From the NCBI RefSeq assembly GCF_009914755.1, contig NC_060930.1: a DNA stretch of 64,000 nt; one strand, given 5' to 3'. The position numbers and the translations under genes are program-made. The DNA comes from the human T2T-CHM13v2.0 reference genome, Homo sapiens. Positions 1 to 13,968 of the stretch are shown here, piece by piece. Each line of letters opens with the position of its first letter. Within the stretch, counting starts at the first letter, position 1. The notes under the pieces are model-generated. The model was not told the DNA's origin, made no database searches, and saw only the letters and a program-made list of their open reading frames with translations.

Positions 1-634
<634 letters not shown>

Positions 635-940
635 TGTCAGTAGGAAATCAGTGGAGAATATCACACAAAGCATTGGTGGCAAACCCACTGATTTTTGGGA
701 GCTGCATCTTTTATCCCTAATTTTTCCATTAATCAGGCAGAATTTTAGGCATGACAGCAAGGAAACAATGAACCCCTGCCCTTTTGTCATCCTTGTTACT
801 ACAGTGAGCACCTGCTTCATGAGCAGGGGCTGAGACCATGGGGGCCTGTGGGTCAAAGCCCCCACTGTGTCTCTTGACAGCCCCAGTGGGGCTGCATGAC
901 TGGCCCCTCCCCAGCTTCCCTGATGTTCCCCAGGCCATAC

Positions 941-1076
941 CTGCAGGTTGGTGGCCTCCTCTGCCCACCAGACTTCAAACTCTTTCTGTAGCTTCACCTT
1001 GGCTTTGTCCATGAGCAGCTGCAAGTGCTCGATCTCCACCTTCAGGGCTTTCAGGCGAGTGAACATTGTTTTATAC
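941..1076 (-). CDS. KIF6: KIF6 internal coding exon (136 nt, probably exon 18): (R)YKTMFTRLKALKVEIEHLQLLMDKAKVKLQKEFEVWWAEEATNLQ
   Basis: ctgactcttcccgattccaccgcag|GTATAAA...CTGCAG|gtatgg; coiled-coil peptide inside ORF 599..1129 matches the recalled KIF6 C-terminal region. Confidence 0.95.
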
Positions 1077-1344
1077 CTGCGGTGGAATCGGGGAAGAGTC
1101 AGGGCACTGCTGTCTTGAAAGCACGGCATGGATGCAGGGCTGTAAATGAATGGGGCCCGTGCCTCAGAATCCCGTCAGAGCTGCCCTGGTGCTCAGGGAC
1201 TGGGACCCTATAGGAGCTTTGGAGGCCAGGCTATGGCACCAGGGTTTGAGTCCATCACAGAGAAGCAGACGGAGACATTTTGGTCCAGTAGGCCCATGGG
1301 AATCTGTGTGTGAGATGAATAGCCTCTCCCCCAAGAATGAGAAC

Positions 1345-1590
1345 TGCCATTTGCTGAGCACTTACTAAGGGATAAGCATTGCTGCAGGCACTCAACATAT
1401 ATAAACTCATTTAATTCTCCTCACAACCCTATGAAGGAGATACTATGATTATCACCTCCATTTTACAGATTCGGAACCTGAGACAGGTATGAAGAGGTTA
1501 TATAACTTGCTCTATGGGACAGAGATAACTGAGGAGCCAGGATTTGAACCCAGGTGGTCTGGTTCTAGAACCACAGTCTTAACTGCCTCA
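1345..1590 (-). mobile_element. MIR
   Basis: ccattttacagat...ggatttgaacccagg core, reverse orientation. Confidence 0.8.
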
Positions 1591-1822
1591 CCATTCCGCT
1601 GGCTCACCTTCATGCTGAGGACCAAAAGTAGCACTGTGCTTATGAACGCATACATATATTGGTTTTGAGAATGCTATAATGAATCAGAAATTGTCCAATA
1701 GGAAACAGTCCAATAGCCAGGCCGAAGAGATAAGTTGGCCTCTAAGGTGACACTGAGATTGGAAATGTGGGCCAAGGGGACAAGATGAAGATGGAGTAGA
1801 GACACAAGAAGAATGGGTTGGA

Positions 1823-2126
1823 GGCTGGGTGTGGTGGTTCACACCTGTAATCCCAGCACTTTGGGAGGCTGAGGCGGGTGGATCACCTGAGGTCAGGAGT
1901 TTGAGACCAACCTGAGCCTACATGGTGAAACCGTGTTTCTACTAAAAATACACAATTAGCTGGGTGTTGTGGTGCGTGGCTGTAATCCCAGCTACTCAAG
2001 AGGCTGAGGCACGAGAACTGCTTGAACCCGGGAGATGGAGTTTGCAGTGAGCCAAGATCACACCACTGCACTGCAGCCTGGGAAACAAAGTGAGGCTCCA
2101 TCTCAAAAAAAAAAAAAAAAAAAAAA
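1823..2126 (+). mobile_element. AluS (Sx/Sz-like)
   Basis: Full dimeric Alu with poly(A) tail. Confidence 0.97.
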
Positions 2127-2979
2127 GCGGGGGGTGTTGGAAAGAAACTAAGGAAAATGAACAGAGCGAGGGAGAAGGTGGACGACTGGCGAGGGCCCCA
2201 AGGGAGTGGAGAGCGACAGCAGCGTGTGTGCTCAGGTAGACTTCTGTAGGAAGACACCTGCACATCTGCCAGGAGCGACCTGAAGACCAGCGCCTGGGGC
2301 TTTGATCTCCTGGGTGTGCGTTGGGGGGCAGGGGCGGTGGTGCATGCCAGGTCAGCTGGGGGTTGGGGTGGGGCAGGGAGTGTGCTGCAGTGACACCACC
2401 AGCTCCTTGAGGCAGGGAAGATGACTGTAGTCTCTCCAGAGCCTACCCATGGCATGGAGGAGATAGCACACATGTGCTAAATGCATCAATGAATGAGTGG
2501 ATGCAGCTTGATCAGCATGTGGAGCAAGATTCGGTGACCATGCTGTATATCAGGAATGGCTACATGCCTGTTTATGCTTGAGGCTCCTCACTCTGTAAGT
2601 GAAGTCGTTTGGAGACCCCAAATGCCTGCGGCTGCGTGAGAGTATGACGTTCTCAGGACTCGGAGGGAAGTGGACTTCAGCCATAGGCATGCGGAAAACC
2701 ACCGTGGTCATATTTCTTGGCTCCCGTAGGTGGCAGCAGTGGACAAGCCCAGCTGCTTCCCGGGCCTGGCTTGGCTTGTTCTGCATTCTAACCTCACACT
2801 GCCTGGGGTCCTGCCTTTCACACCTGCCTGCTCAAAGGCAGCCCCTCCTCCTCCTGCTGTTCTAGGATCCAGCTGCTGGACCCACATCCCTGAGTAGCTG
2901 CAGCTCTGGGAAGCTCCAGGACGACACTGAGACCCTGGGAGGCTGGGCTCGGACTGTGTGTGGCTAAAAGGAAGGGCAC

Positions 2980-3064
2980 CTTCTCTTTTCTTCCTCCAGT
3001 TGTGATCGCAGCTTCTCCTCCTGCTGGTCTGGCATCAGAGGCACGGCCATGTTTTCCGAGATTC
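2980..3064 (-). CDS. KIF6: KIF6 internal coding exon (85 nt, probably exon 17): (G)ISENMAVPLMPDQQEEKLRSQLEEEKR(R)
   Basis: ccttctacag|GAATCTCGG...AAGAGAAG|gtgccc; phase 1 in, phase 2 out; in frame with flanking exons. Confidence 0.93.
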
Positions 3065-3411
3065 CTGTAGAAGGAAGGTGCCAATGGGATGGTGAGAAAG
3101 AAGGGTAAAAGGAAGAGTGTGATATTTGGGCAGATGACAGAGTTCAAGGGCACCCCAAGAAGAAAGGAGCCTCTGTGAGTTCCTTCTGGGGCCTCTTGGT
3201 GGCAACCTCTGCTCAGCTGAAAGCCCTGAGAGGAGCAGCTTCCAGGGTTATTGTCCCTCTGCTGTCCCTCCCACTGCCAACATCTGTCACTGGAAGGGAA
3301 TCTTCCTCTGTGTCTACTAATCCTTTTACTATTGAGCTCATTCATTTCCTGTTGAGTTTCCAGGGAAGACGCAAAATAGCATTTCCCCATCCTCTGATAA
3401 AGAGCCCTTCA

Positions 3412-3814
<403 letters not shown>

Positions 3815-4379
3815 TCAGAATCGTGTCTCCTGTTTTTCACTCCCTCTGCAGCAGTGGTTCTCAAGCCTGATGAACGCAGGCCATGTTAATTCACAACCAG
3901 GGATGAGCCCAAGCCTTGGCGATGGGACCATCATGAGGCCCAGGGGAGGGCTGAGCACGTCAGCAGGGATCAGCTGCTGCGTGTGTCTGCGTCCCTGCTG
4001 ATGCCGACCTCTGTCTTCCCCCACATGACTGCCACTGGTGCCTGGTTGCCTGCTCTGGCTAGTGTGCTCATCTGAAGCTGGCTGTCTCCTAGCCCAGAGT
4101 GTGGGGACTTTTTATTCTTCTAGGAGTCTCTTCGTGGTTGCCCTGCTTTTCTGAGCTCCACAGACAACATCCTAGAAGTCGTACAGCCCTGCTTTTTACT
4201 CTATGTAGGGAAGACTCTGCTACAGTCCATGTGCTTCCAGACATGCTCAGACTGAATCCTTATAGCATTTATTTGTGATAAGTGTTATTATGCCCATTTT
4301 ACAGATAAGGATATTGAGGTTCAAAGAGGGTAAACTGCCCAAGTTATGTGGCTAACTTCAGGAAACTTGGATTCAAAAA

Positions 4380-5510
<1,131 letters not shown>

Positions 5511-6899
5511 TTTTTAAAAATAAGTGATTGTTAAAATGCGTCCTGTTTCAGTGTGATTGTCCTTTTGATCCCAAAGGCAACACTTCACATTTATTGGCAG
5601 CCTAGTCTGCTGAGAGGTCCTTATTCTGTCACGCCATTATTCTTCCCCTTTGACTCCCTTACCCATTTGTTACCTGTGTCTTTTGTGTCATTAGCTTACT
5701 GATAACTATGCTAACTGGATCACGATTCTGTCTGTCATCTTCCAGGTGCCATTGACCCCCCTTTTCCTTATGTCAATTGCCAACTTTAAATCGACAGGCA
5801 GAGCAAGTGTCTTATTTCATTATCTAAACACAGGACATGCAGATACCATCAACATCCCACCTGAAGTCCACACTGTCATCTGTGTTGGTGCAATTTATTG
5901 GCTCAGATGAGGCAGCCCGCCTGTCCACATCACCCACAGCCCCCCAAGTCTCAGGCACAGGAAGCCCTCAAGGGCAGAGATTGGGGTCCTCCTGCTCTTA
6001 GTGTCTTCCCCCAGTGCTGTGTTCAGACTCCATGAGTCACTCCATGAGGGTGACTCAGTGCCTCGCATGTTTGCTGGCCTTGCCTTCTTTGAAAGTCATC
6101 AGACATGATAAACTGAAGGAAGTATCTTAATATGAAACCGACAATGGTAGGACTTTCAATGGACAAACAATTCCTTTTTAAAAAGTTTCAGAAATGGGCC
6201 CAGGTATCTTCCAGCCTGCTAAAAAAGTAACACTGTGAATTTCCTTCCTCCTTTTAACACTTTTGTCCCCACCCCAAGGACACCCCCAAGAAATTCAGTG
6301 AAGCCCCACTCTGCGGTGACTGGCTAGACGTCCTGCTGCAAGCCCAGTACGTGAGAGACTGCTGGAGGCGGGCGGAGGAAGGGCTGCTGGACTCACACAG
6401 GGCCATCTCACCCGGCCAGAAGAGGCAGTCTCCAGGCCTTGGTGAACAGACAGCAGAAGGTAGGGGGGACGGCCAGGGCGGCCTGCTTTTCCATTTAAAG
6501 GCTGCGGTCACCCCATGTGAACGCAGAGCCCCTCTGTAGGAGGCAGGCTCTTGCCTCAGCCCATGACTGGTTGTCTTTTCCTTGGGCATCTTGCAGGTTC
6601 CCTGGCAGGTCACAGAGTCTCAGGTGCCCTGGAAGTGTGTGGGGTGCTCGGGAGCCTTAGGCAAGGAGCACATTCTGAATGCAGCTGACACAAGCACAGA
6701 ATGATAACATCAACGCCATCTGGGGAGTCGCTTGAGCCCATTCCCCGCGCAACACCACTTTCATTCTCACCACCTCAGCTGGCAGACATGATCACCTCTG
6801 CTTCACAATCAGGAAGACCAAGGCTTAGGGTGACTGGGTGGCTTGTGCGATGCCACAAAGCTACCAAATAGCAGCGCCAGGCTTTGGATCCAAGTCTAG

Positions 6900-7430
6900 T
6901 CACTCATCCGCTTATTTAACAAATGTTTATCGAGCATTGACTATGTGCCTGCCCCTGTTCTAGGGGGATTCCAGTGGGGAAGACAGACACTAAAACCACA
7001 AACAATTGAGTCTGCAACATCATGCTGGGGATCGGAAGGTGCTATGAGGAAAGACAAAGCTGGGTAAAAAGACAGGATGACAGGGTGGAAGACTGCCATG
7101 CTAGGTAGGGTGGGTGAGGGCCTCTAAGTGGGGGGACATTTGAGCAGTGACCTGAATGGAGGAAGGGAACAGGCATGCAGAAATCGGGGCACAGAATGTG
7201 CAACAGTAAGTGCAAAAGGCCTGAGGTGTGAGCCTGCTTGCTGCATCTAACAACAATGAGAAGGCCAGGAGCGGTTGGGAAGGGAAATCGTGGTGGGAGC
7301 TGAAGTCAGTGAAGAAACTGAGGCCAGACCCTGGAGGATCTTGGGAGCCATGGTAAGGACACTGGCTTTGAGAGAGATGGGAGTATTTTGAGGAGAGGAA
7401 TGGGCTCGATCTATTCCTTTGAAAGCTAAG
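6900..7430 (-). mobile_element. L2 3' end
   Basis: tttaacaaatgtttatcgagcattgactatgtgcc...gacatttgagcagtgacctgaatgg...gtgcaaaaggcctgagg. Confidence 0.8.
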
Positions 7431-7613
7431 TTGAGCATTTTTTTTTTTTTTGCTGATCAAGACAAAGCTACTCCAAATTGAACAACAGTTAATGTGGAGG
7501 TGGCGCCAGGAAGCCGGGAGTCTGTTGAAAGGGTCTGGGAAAGAAAGCTGGGGCAAGGGACCTTGGGAAGCCAGAATGAGGGCACAGCACACTCCACGAC
7601 ACAAACTACCCAC

Positions 7614-7627
7614 GTTGTCATGACAAC
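7614..7627. promoter_or_regulatory. Candidate RFX X-box (perfect palindrome GTTGTCATGACAAC)
   Basis: 14-bp palindrome fitting the X-box consensus; function not shown. Confidence 0.45.
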
Positions 7628-8383
7628 CAAATGGGCCTGCTGCCCAAGGTGATGTCTGCTTGGTGAAATGCATTGCAGCCTCACCAGGAGACAGCCTCTG
7701 GCTGCTTCTGATATGTTCTGAGGCTTGGCTCATCAGTAACCTCTGAAGAGAAATAGGGGCTGGGAACTCAAAGGGAACCAAATAAAAGCCACTGAGCAAG
7801 AACAGAAGAAGAGGGAGTAACTACAAAGGGCATTTGAGTTTTGTAGGTCTCCATCCCCACGGGGACTCTGGCCAGGGACAGAGCCTCCCATCACCTGACA
7901 GGAGGCACAGGGAGCCCTCCTTTCAAGGACAGGATTCTGGCTGGGACAGCAGCACAGGAGCTCACAGTGCCGAGTGGCCTGCGAGGTCACACTGTTCATC
8001 TGTGGGGAGGCAGCTGCCTCCAAAGCAGTACAAAAGCAAGAGAAGGGTTTCACTCAGTGGCTGTAGGTCTGAATGGCACACAGGAAGAAGCCCTGAGCAG
8101 TCAAACAGTAACTGAAGCTTCAAGTTGGGAGGACGCACAGACGCACAGTCCCAGGCTGACCTTATCTCTGAAGTCACGGGTGTTTTGGAATTAGCCGTGC
8201 AAGGACCAGAGGGGCTCTTGCTGGGAAGGCCAGTCAAGATGTGGACCCCCTCCTTCCTGACATAATTTCTACTGGAAAGATCTCTGCAACTCCTTGTCCC
8301 ACTTCCCCATGCCCTCCTCTCAAACGCTCTCTCTCCCACGCAGTTATCTGATATTTGAAATGTGCAGAATAGTTTTTTTGGTT

Positions 8384-8536
8384 CAATGGTTCTCAACTGG
8401 GGGTGCACATCAGAATCACTTAAGGAGCTTGTAAAAGCACACAGACAGCTGGGCCCTACTCCAGACCTACTGAGTTAAAATTTGTCAATAGGGTCCCCTG
8501 GTGATTCCAATGCTCACCCCTTGTTAAGAAACACTG
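8384..8536. mobile_element. MER5A-like hAT-Charlie MITE
   Basis: TIRs caatggttctcaa...ttaagaaacactg; internal catcagaatcac. Confidence 0.75.
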
Positions 8537-11500
8537 CTTATGGCTTCAAGCCCAGTTTCAATGCAAGTACTCTGTGCAGAAGTTACTGAGAATACAGGCC
8601 CTACAGAAGTTTAGATAGGATGGTGTGTAGGAGCCAGCACGTCCCCTACATGCCTGCCTGCTTTCCAGACATTTGGGAGCCACTGTGATAAAAGTAAATA
8701 GGGCTTCAGGGGTTTGCAACCAGGAAAGCACACTCTCTGTAAGGTTGAAACTGCCTGCATCGGGCCCTTGTAGGTGCTTGATAAAATCTGAATAACCATA
8801 ACCATCGCACAGCTGCTACATGGGTTAGGAACTTCATATGTATTGTCTTGTATAATCTACAACTCCCACTCCAAGTGGGGAAACTGAGCTTTGATAGAGG
8901 AAGTAATCGCCCAGGATGGCACTGCTGGTAAGCAGAGCTAGTGGGAGAACTGGCTCTGTCCGATTTCAAAGCTGGTGCTCTTTCCTCTGTAAGTGATTCC
9001 AATAATGAAGGAAGCCACAGGGCAGATTATTGAAGTCTGTATTGACTCGTCGTTGGTATTTGAAGGTGTTGCTCTTTTCCATGAATGCCTTTCAGATCTG
9101 GGGCTGGGGCTGAGAGACAGTCTTAGTGTCTTCCCCTGGTGCTGGCCTGTGAAGTCTGCCCTTTAATAACCGAAATCCATGACCTGTGCCCCAATCCCAT
9201 ATGGCATTTGCAGCTTGCCTGCTAGGTGTGAGGAGCTATATACCCACTCTCCAGGGTCAGCCCACAGAATGCCCACAGCCAGCCTGTTCCATGCCCTTGG
9301 CTGGACTAGGAATCCTAAAGAAGATGATGTTGAAATTTCCAAGCATTCACCAAAGCCAAAAGGGGCCCTCTGGGCCTCTGTAGAGCAAAGGCTGTGGGGC
9401 CCACATGGCTGTCACCTAACCAGTGCCCTGCGTGGGAAGGGGAAGTGAGTTATGTGGCTCTACCATGGCAGACAAGACATCAGAGCCAGGAGGCATTCCA
9501 GGTGGTCGTCTTGGCCATCCAACTACCCAACTAATGATTCATTTGCTGAATACCCACTCTGGGCCTCCTTGGGGCTCAGCTGTCTCACACAACCATAGAT
9601 CACTTCAGCCTCACCTTGTTTGAGAAGTCAAAGTGTCTATTCTTACGGAGATTGATGGTGTTCATAGCTCAATTACCACAATGGTCAGCAGCTCAGAGGC
9701 AAAGATTCTGGCTTCCCAATCAGACCATTTCCTGTTTAATGGCTCAAATTTACTGTCAGCTGGAGCCGTCACATGCCGACGGGTGCTCAGTGCTGCCATC
9801 CATCCTGGTGCTGATTTTGTAACACCTTAGCGGACCCAAGCATGCCCAGATTTAAGGGTGTGCTGAATGACCCTGCGGACACATGGCTGTACCTGATAAT
9901 TTCTTGGGCACACTCACCCCCACTGCCACAGACCCTGCGCTCACTGCCACTGCCTTCCCCTCAGGAAGAGCAGGGCACTCTGTGAGAAGATAAATGGCTG
10001 TACTTTATTACAATCAGAAACGTGCCAGATGCCTGCTTGTAGCAAAACCCAGGCCCTGACAGTCCCCTCATAGAAGGCCATCCACCATCTCTTCCTGTGT
10101 GAGTAATCTTCCCTGCTACGACTGTGGGCCTCTCTGTCCAAGGTTGTCCCCCTGGGATGGCGGCCTCTCTCCTTCAGATCTGCTCCTTCTCACCAGCATG
10201 TTCTCTGTGGAGGAGGCAGACTGTAAAGTCAGAGGGTCAGCGTGTACTAGGGTCAGTCGGCAATATAAAGGAGACCCTAGGGCCATACACCATACACAGG
10301 GAAGACATTCCTAATCTTATTACTGCTTGAACTTGGCATGGATCCTATTCATGGTCACCTCTGTTCAAATGGGAGCTCTCTCTCATCTCTCTCCACGACT
10401 CCTTCTGCTGGAACCCCAGATCCATCTTTTGGTTACTGGTCTGCATTTCTCTTATCACCACCACTAAGAGCCTGGCTCGGTGATTTCTGGGTCTGACCCA
10501 CAAGGTTCCCCTTTTTCCCTGGTGCACAGCACCTCTCCCAGCCTACCCCTCCAGGGGCAGCCTTCCAGTCCACTGTGACTTTCTCTCTCCTCCATTGGAA
10601 GTGTGCCTGAAGTTCTGAACTCAGGTTTCTCTCAAAGCTCTGAGTACCTTGGCAGTTCTCCCTCCTGTCACTTAAGCCTCATGGACTCGTGGTGACCATA
10701 TGGCTCAGTGCAGTGGCTTCTTAGAGACATTAGTAGGAAACTTGGCATGCCTACAGTCCAGCTGCATCTTTATTGCACTGGACCAGCCAGGGGGCAGTGT
10801 TCTCAGGATGCATATGATCTTTTGGGGAGAGCAGTTTTTCTTGCACCTATAAGAGCCAGCACAGGCATTCTTCCTATGAAAACCTCTAATGAAGATGGTT
10901 AGTAGGGTTCCATTGATTCTCTTGACTGGCTAATTAGAGAAATTTCAGGAGTTTTAAAAATTGAGTTGTGGATCCTTCATCAAGCTGTCTCCCTCTTCTT
11001 TTGGAAAACATACCTGCTACTAGCCAATTTGTAAATTAATCCTTTCATTTGGCAATAATTTATCATATATTGGAGTCAAAAGTGAGTTCTGAGACAGACC
11101 ACACAGTAGAACTGGCACATTTTCAAAGTGAAATGGCGAGAGCTGGCTAGACAACCCAAACACTCACATCAGCATTTGAAAAGGGCCAAAATAAATGTTT
11201 GACGAGAATTCCTTTAAAAAGAGCTAGCAGTTTGCCTAAGCCTACCTCCTCTCCCTCCTTGGGGGTGGTGTGTGTGGAGATGCTTCTTCCTCCCTCAGGG
11301 GCAGTGAAGGAGCCCGAGAGACCACGCAGAAAGTTTGCTGAGAATTCTCGGGGATCTGTGTGGGTGCTGGGGGTGGGGGGCAAGAAGGCCAGAGTGCACT
11401 ACTGTCGATTTTTATTCAGGAGCTCTAGAGGGTGGGGCATGGGCTGATGATCTGCTAGTGGCAAGAGCAGGGTTACTACTGTGTTTCTGTTGACCCAACA

Positions 11501-11545
11501 TGGGCTATAAGCACAGAAGAGAGGGAGGTTAGGGGCATTTTGGAT

Positions 11546-11740
11546 CAGTGGTGTGCTGGTAAGTGTTTAACAACCAGCTCTCTGGAAGAAAAAAGCCCTG
11601 ATTTTCAGTGTTTGCCAATTTTTGGGGTACAAATATTCCTGTTCAGTCTACCAACATGATGTTCCTGAATTTGGAGTTGGGAAAAAATGTACACGATCAG
11701 CCCTTGTGAGCCAGTGGGAGCTGGCTCCAGCACGCCTCTG
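11546..11740 (-). mobile_element. MER63A-like hAT-Blackjack MITE
   Basis: TIRs cagtggtgtgctgg...ccagcacgcctctg. Confidence 0.8.
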
Positions 11741-11779
11741 AGCTCCTCTACCACAACACTTGACACTTACATTCTTTCT

Positions 11780-12307
11780 CATGGGGCCACCTAGAGGGGC
11801 AATGGGAATGCAGGAGAAGGAAACCTGGAGGCGGGCAACCTGGGGGTGGTATGCTGGGCCTATTCCTAGCTCATTGACTTCTCCACCCTCTTTTACCTTC
11901 CTTACACCCTCTGCCTTCTGTCTGGGCTCCTCCAGTGGGGAACAGCAGCAAGTAACTGGAGGGTAGGAGGAGAGAGAGGCCAAGCTGTTTCTTCATGGGA
12001 GACTTCTCTGCGGGGGTCACAAGCTGGACACATGGCTTGACTGAAGGTCACAGCTCGTATCAGATGGCCAGGGCCTTTCTGCACAGCCCTGACAGTCTTT
12101 AAATTCTAGTAACTTTTCCCTGTCTTGTCCAGGCCTAGGGACAGCAATGCTTCCTGCCTTGCTGCAGTGACTATCTCTGGGGTGCTCTCCCTTGCAGTTT
12201 CCCTACACTCTGCTTATGCCTCTGTAGATAGGTCTTTATCCAATTCTCTTCACAACGTCTCATCTGAGTGCTGACATCTGCTTCTTGTTAGGACCCTGAC
12301 CCATATA
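11780..12307 (+). mobile_element. Old ERVL LTR (LTR40/41-like)
   Basis: 3' end ctgagtgctgacatctgcttcttgttaggaccctgacccatata resembles ERVL LTR termini; 5' edge uncertain. Confidence 0.5.
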
Positions 12308-13968
12308 GATTCAAATTGGGTAAGGAACCACCCAATAAGGCACATTCCCTCAAGTTAAGGGACCTGCTGGTGAGGGATCTCCAGAGACCCATGAAACCAC
12401 CCCAAATTAGGAAGAGTCTGCTTTGAATATCTACCAGGCCCAGAGAGTCCAAGGCCACATTACAGCAGAACCATTCAAGTGAGATTTTACCAATGGCCCT
12501 TCCTCCCTTCCTTCTTTCCTCTAATCCCTTCTTGAGGAAATCGAGCCTTAGCAGGCTAAGGAAGGGAGGGAGTTAGAAAGAGAGATGACTATTTCCCTCT
12601 CCTCCTCACAGTTGGCCTGAGTTGGGGTAAGGGAGAGAAGTCTTATCTCTTGATGAAATCGGAATTATTAAGATTGCAATTACTATATAAAATGACCACT
12701 CTTTTTGGTTTGTAATTAACAATGAATGACCAATTCAGTTATGGGGTTGATCAATTTCCATCCAGGGGCAGAGGAAGAACTTCCCTCCTATGAAGATGGG
12801 AAGAGACGGTGGGAGAACAACAAAAAAGTAACCTTCAGGGCACTTCCCTGTATCACTCATGTCAGGCACACCACCAACAGCTATTAAGTCCCTACCAAAA
12901 ATTACAATGCGCCTGGAGAAGAAAATAAGTGGTAAATTTTCTGTTTTCACCTTTAAGTAAAATGATCCTGACATAAATGGTAGTAAGGAGAATTAAGATT
13001 AATCAGAATTGAATTGGGATTCACTTTTTACTACCACTTCTATCACAATGATTCCACTAAAACAGTAATTTTTATTTGATCTATGAAGCCTTGGAATCTA
13101 ATCCTTCATAGAGTTCTGGGAATTATTATAAACCATTGCAAACACAAAAAGTTCAGAGAATGAGATAAATAACACCCATGTACTGACTATATTTTGAAAT
13201 ATCTAAATAGTTTGCTGCAGTTTCATTTTTTAATTTTAAATAGAATATTACGGAATTGGTAGAAGGATCCTTCACAATTCACTCTACCCTTTCTCCTGGG
13301 CAGGCTCCTGGCTCTTTACAACAGCTCCCTAATTATTTCTCAAATAGATATCAGGATTTTCAAAATACCACTTAAAGCTTTCTGTTGGTTATTTGCACCC
13401 ATCATTTGTATTTCAGCACAGCCAACCTTGGTTTCCTGTTGGTTGTTCTTTCCCAAACTAATCATCACCTTCTCTGGGGAGATGGGAAAGTCTTACCCAA
13501 CTCCATTACACATGCAACAGAACTGTTCCTAGGAAACACCGAGGCCTTTCTTGGTCCGAGATTTGCCGAGCACAGATGGCGATTTTCATCATGTGTAAAG
13601 GAAAAAGAGGACAGATAGAGGGGCCAGCCATAATACATTCTAGTCTAGCAGATGAGATGCAGAGGCTAGAATTTTGTCTTCTATATGTTTGGTCAAATGC
13701 CTAATTTGCTCAAAGCAGCAGCCATGATTTCTGCACAGTTGCATGATGAAAAAAATGGCTCTGGCAACTGGTAACAAGATCATCTGGGTTCAGCGCTTAA
13801 AGGAATAGACAGCCCCTTCTTGGATGTGATTGCGTTTTTTTGCAAGAAAGAGTAATCAATGGTGTCTGTGAGTAAATATGGCTAGAGCAGTGTAGTGACT
13901 GTGTCTTGTGGAGGCCTTCAATGCTGCTGGTGGCCCAGAGCCATGGTCAGCTCTGTGGCAAGGAGTCT

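Noticed and set aside
7101-7799. Longest ORF (232 aa)
   Set aside because: About half lies in L2, it crosses a homopolymer run, and it has no recognisable domain.
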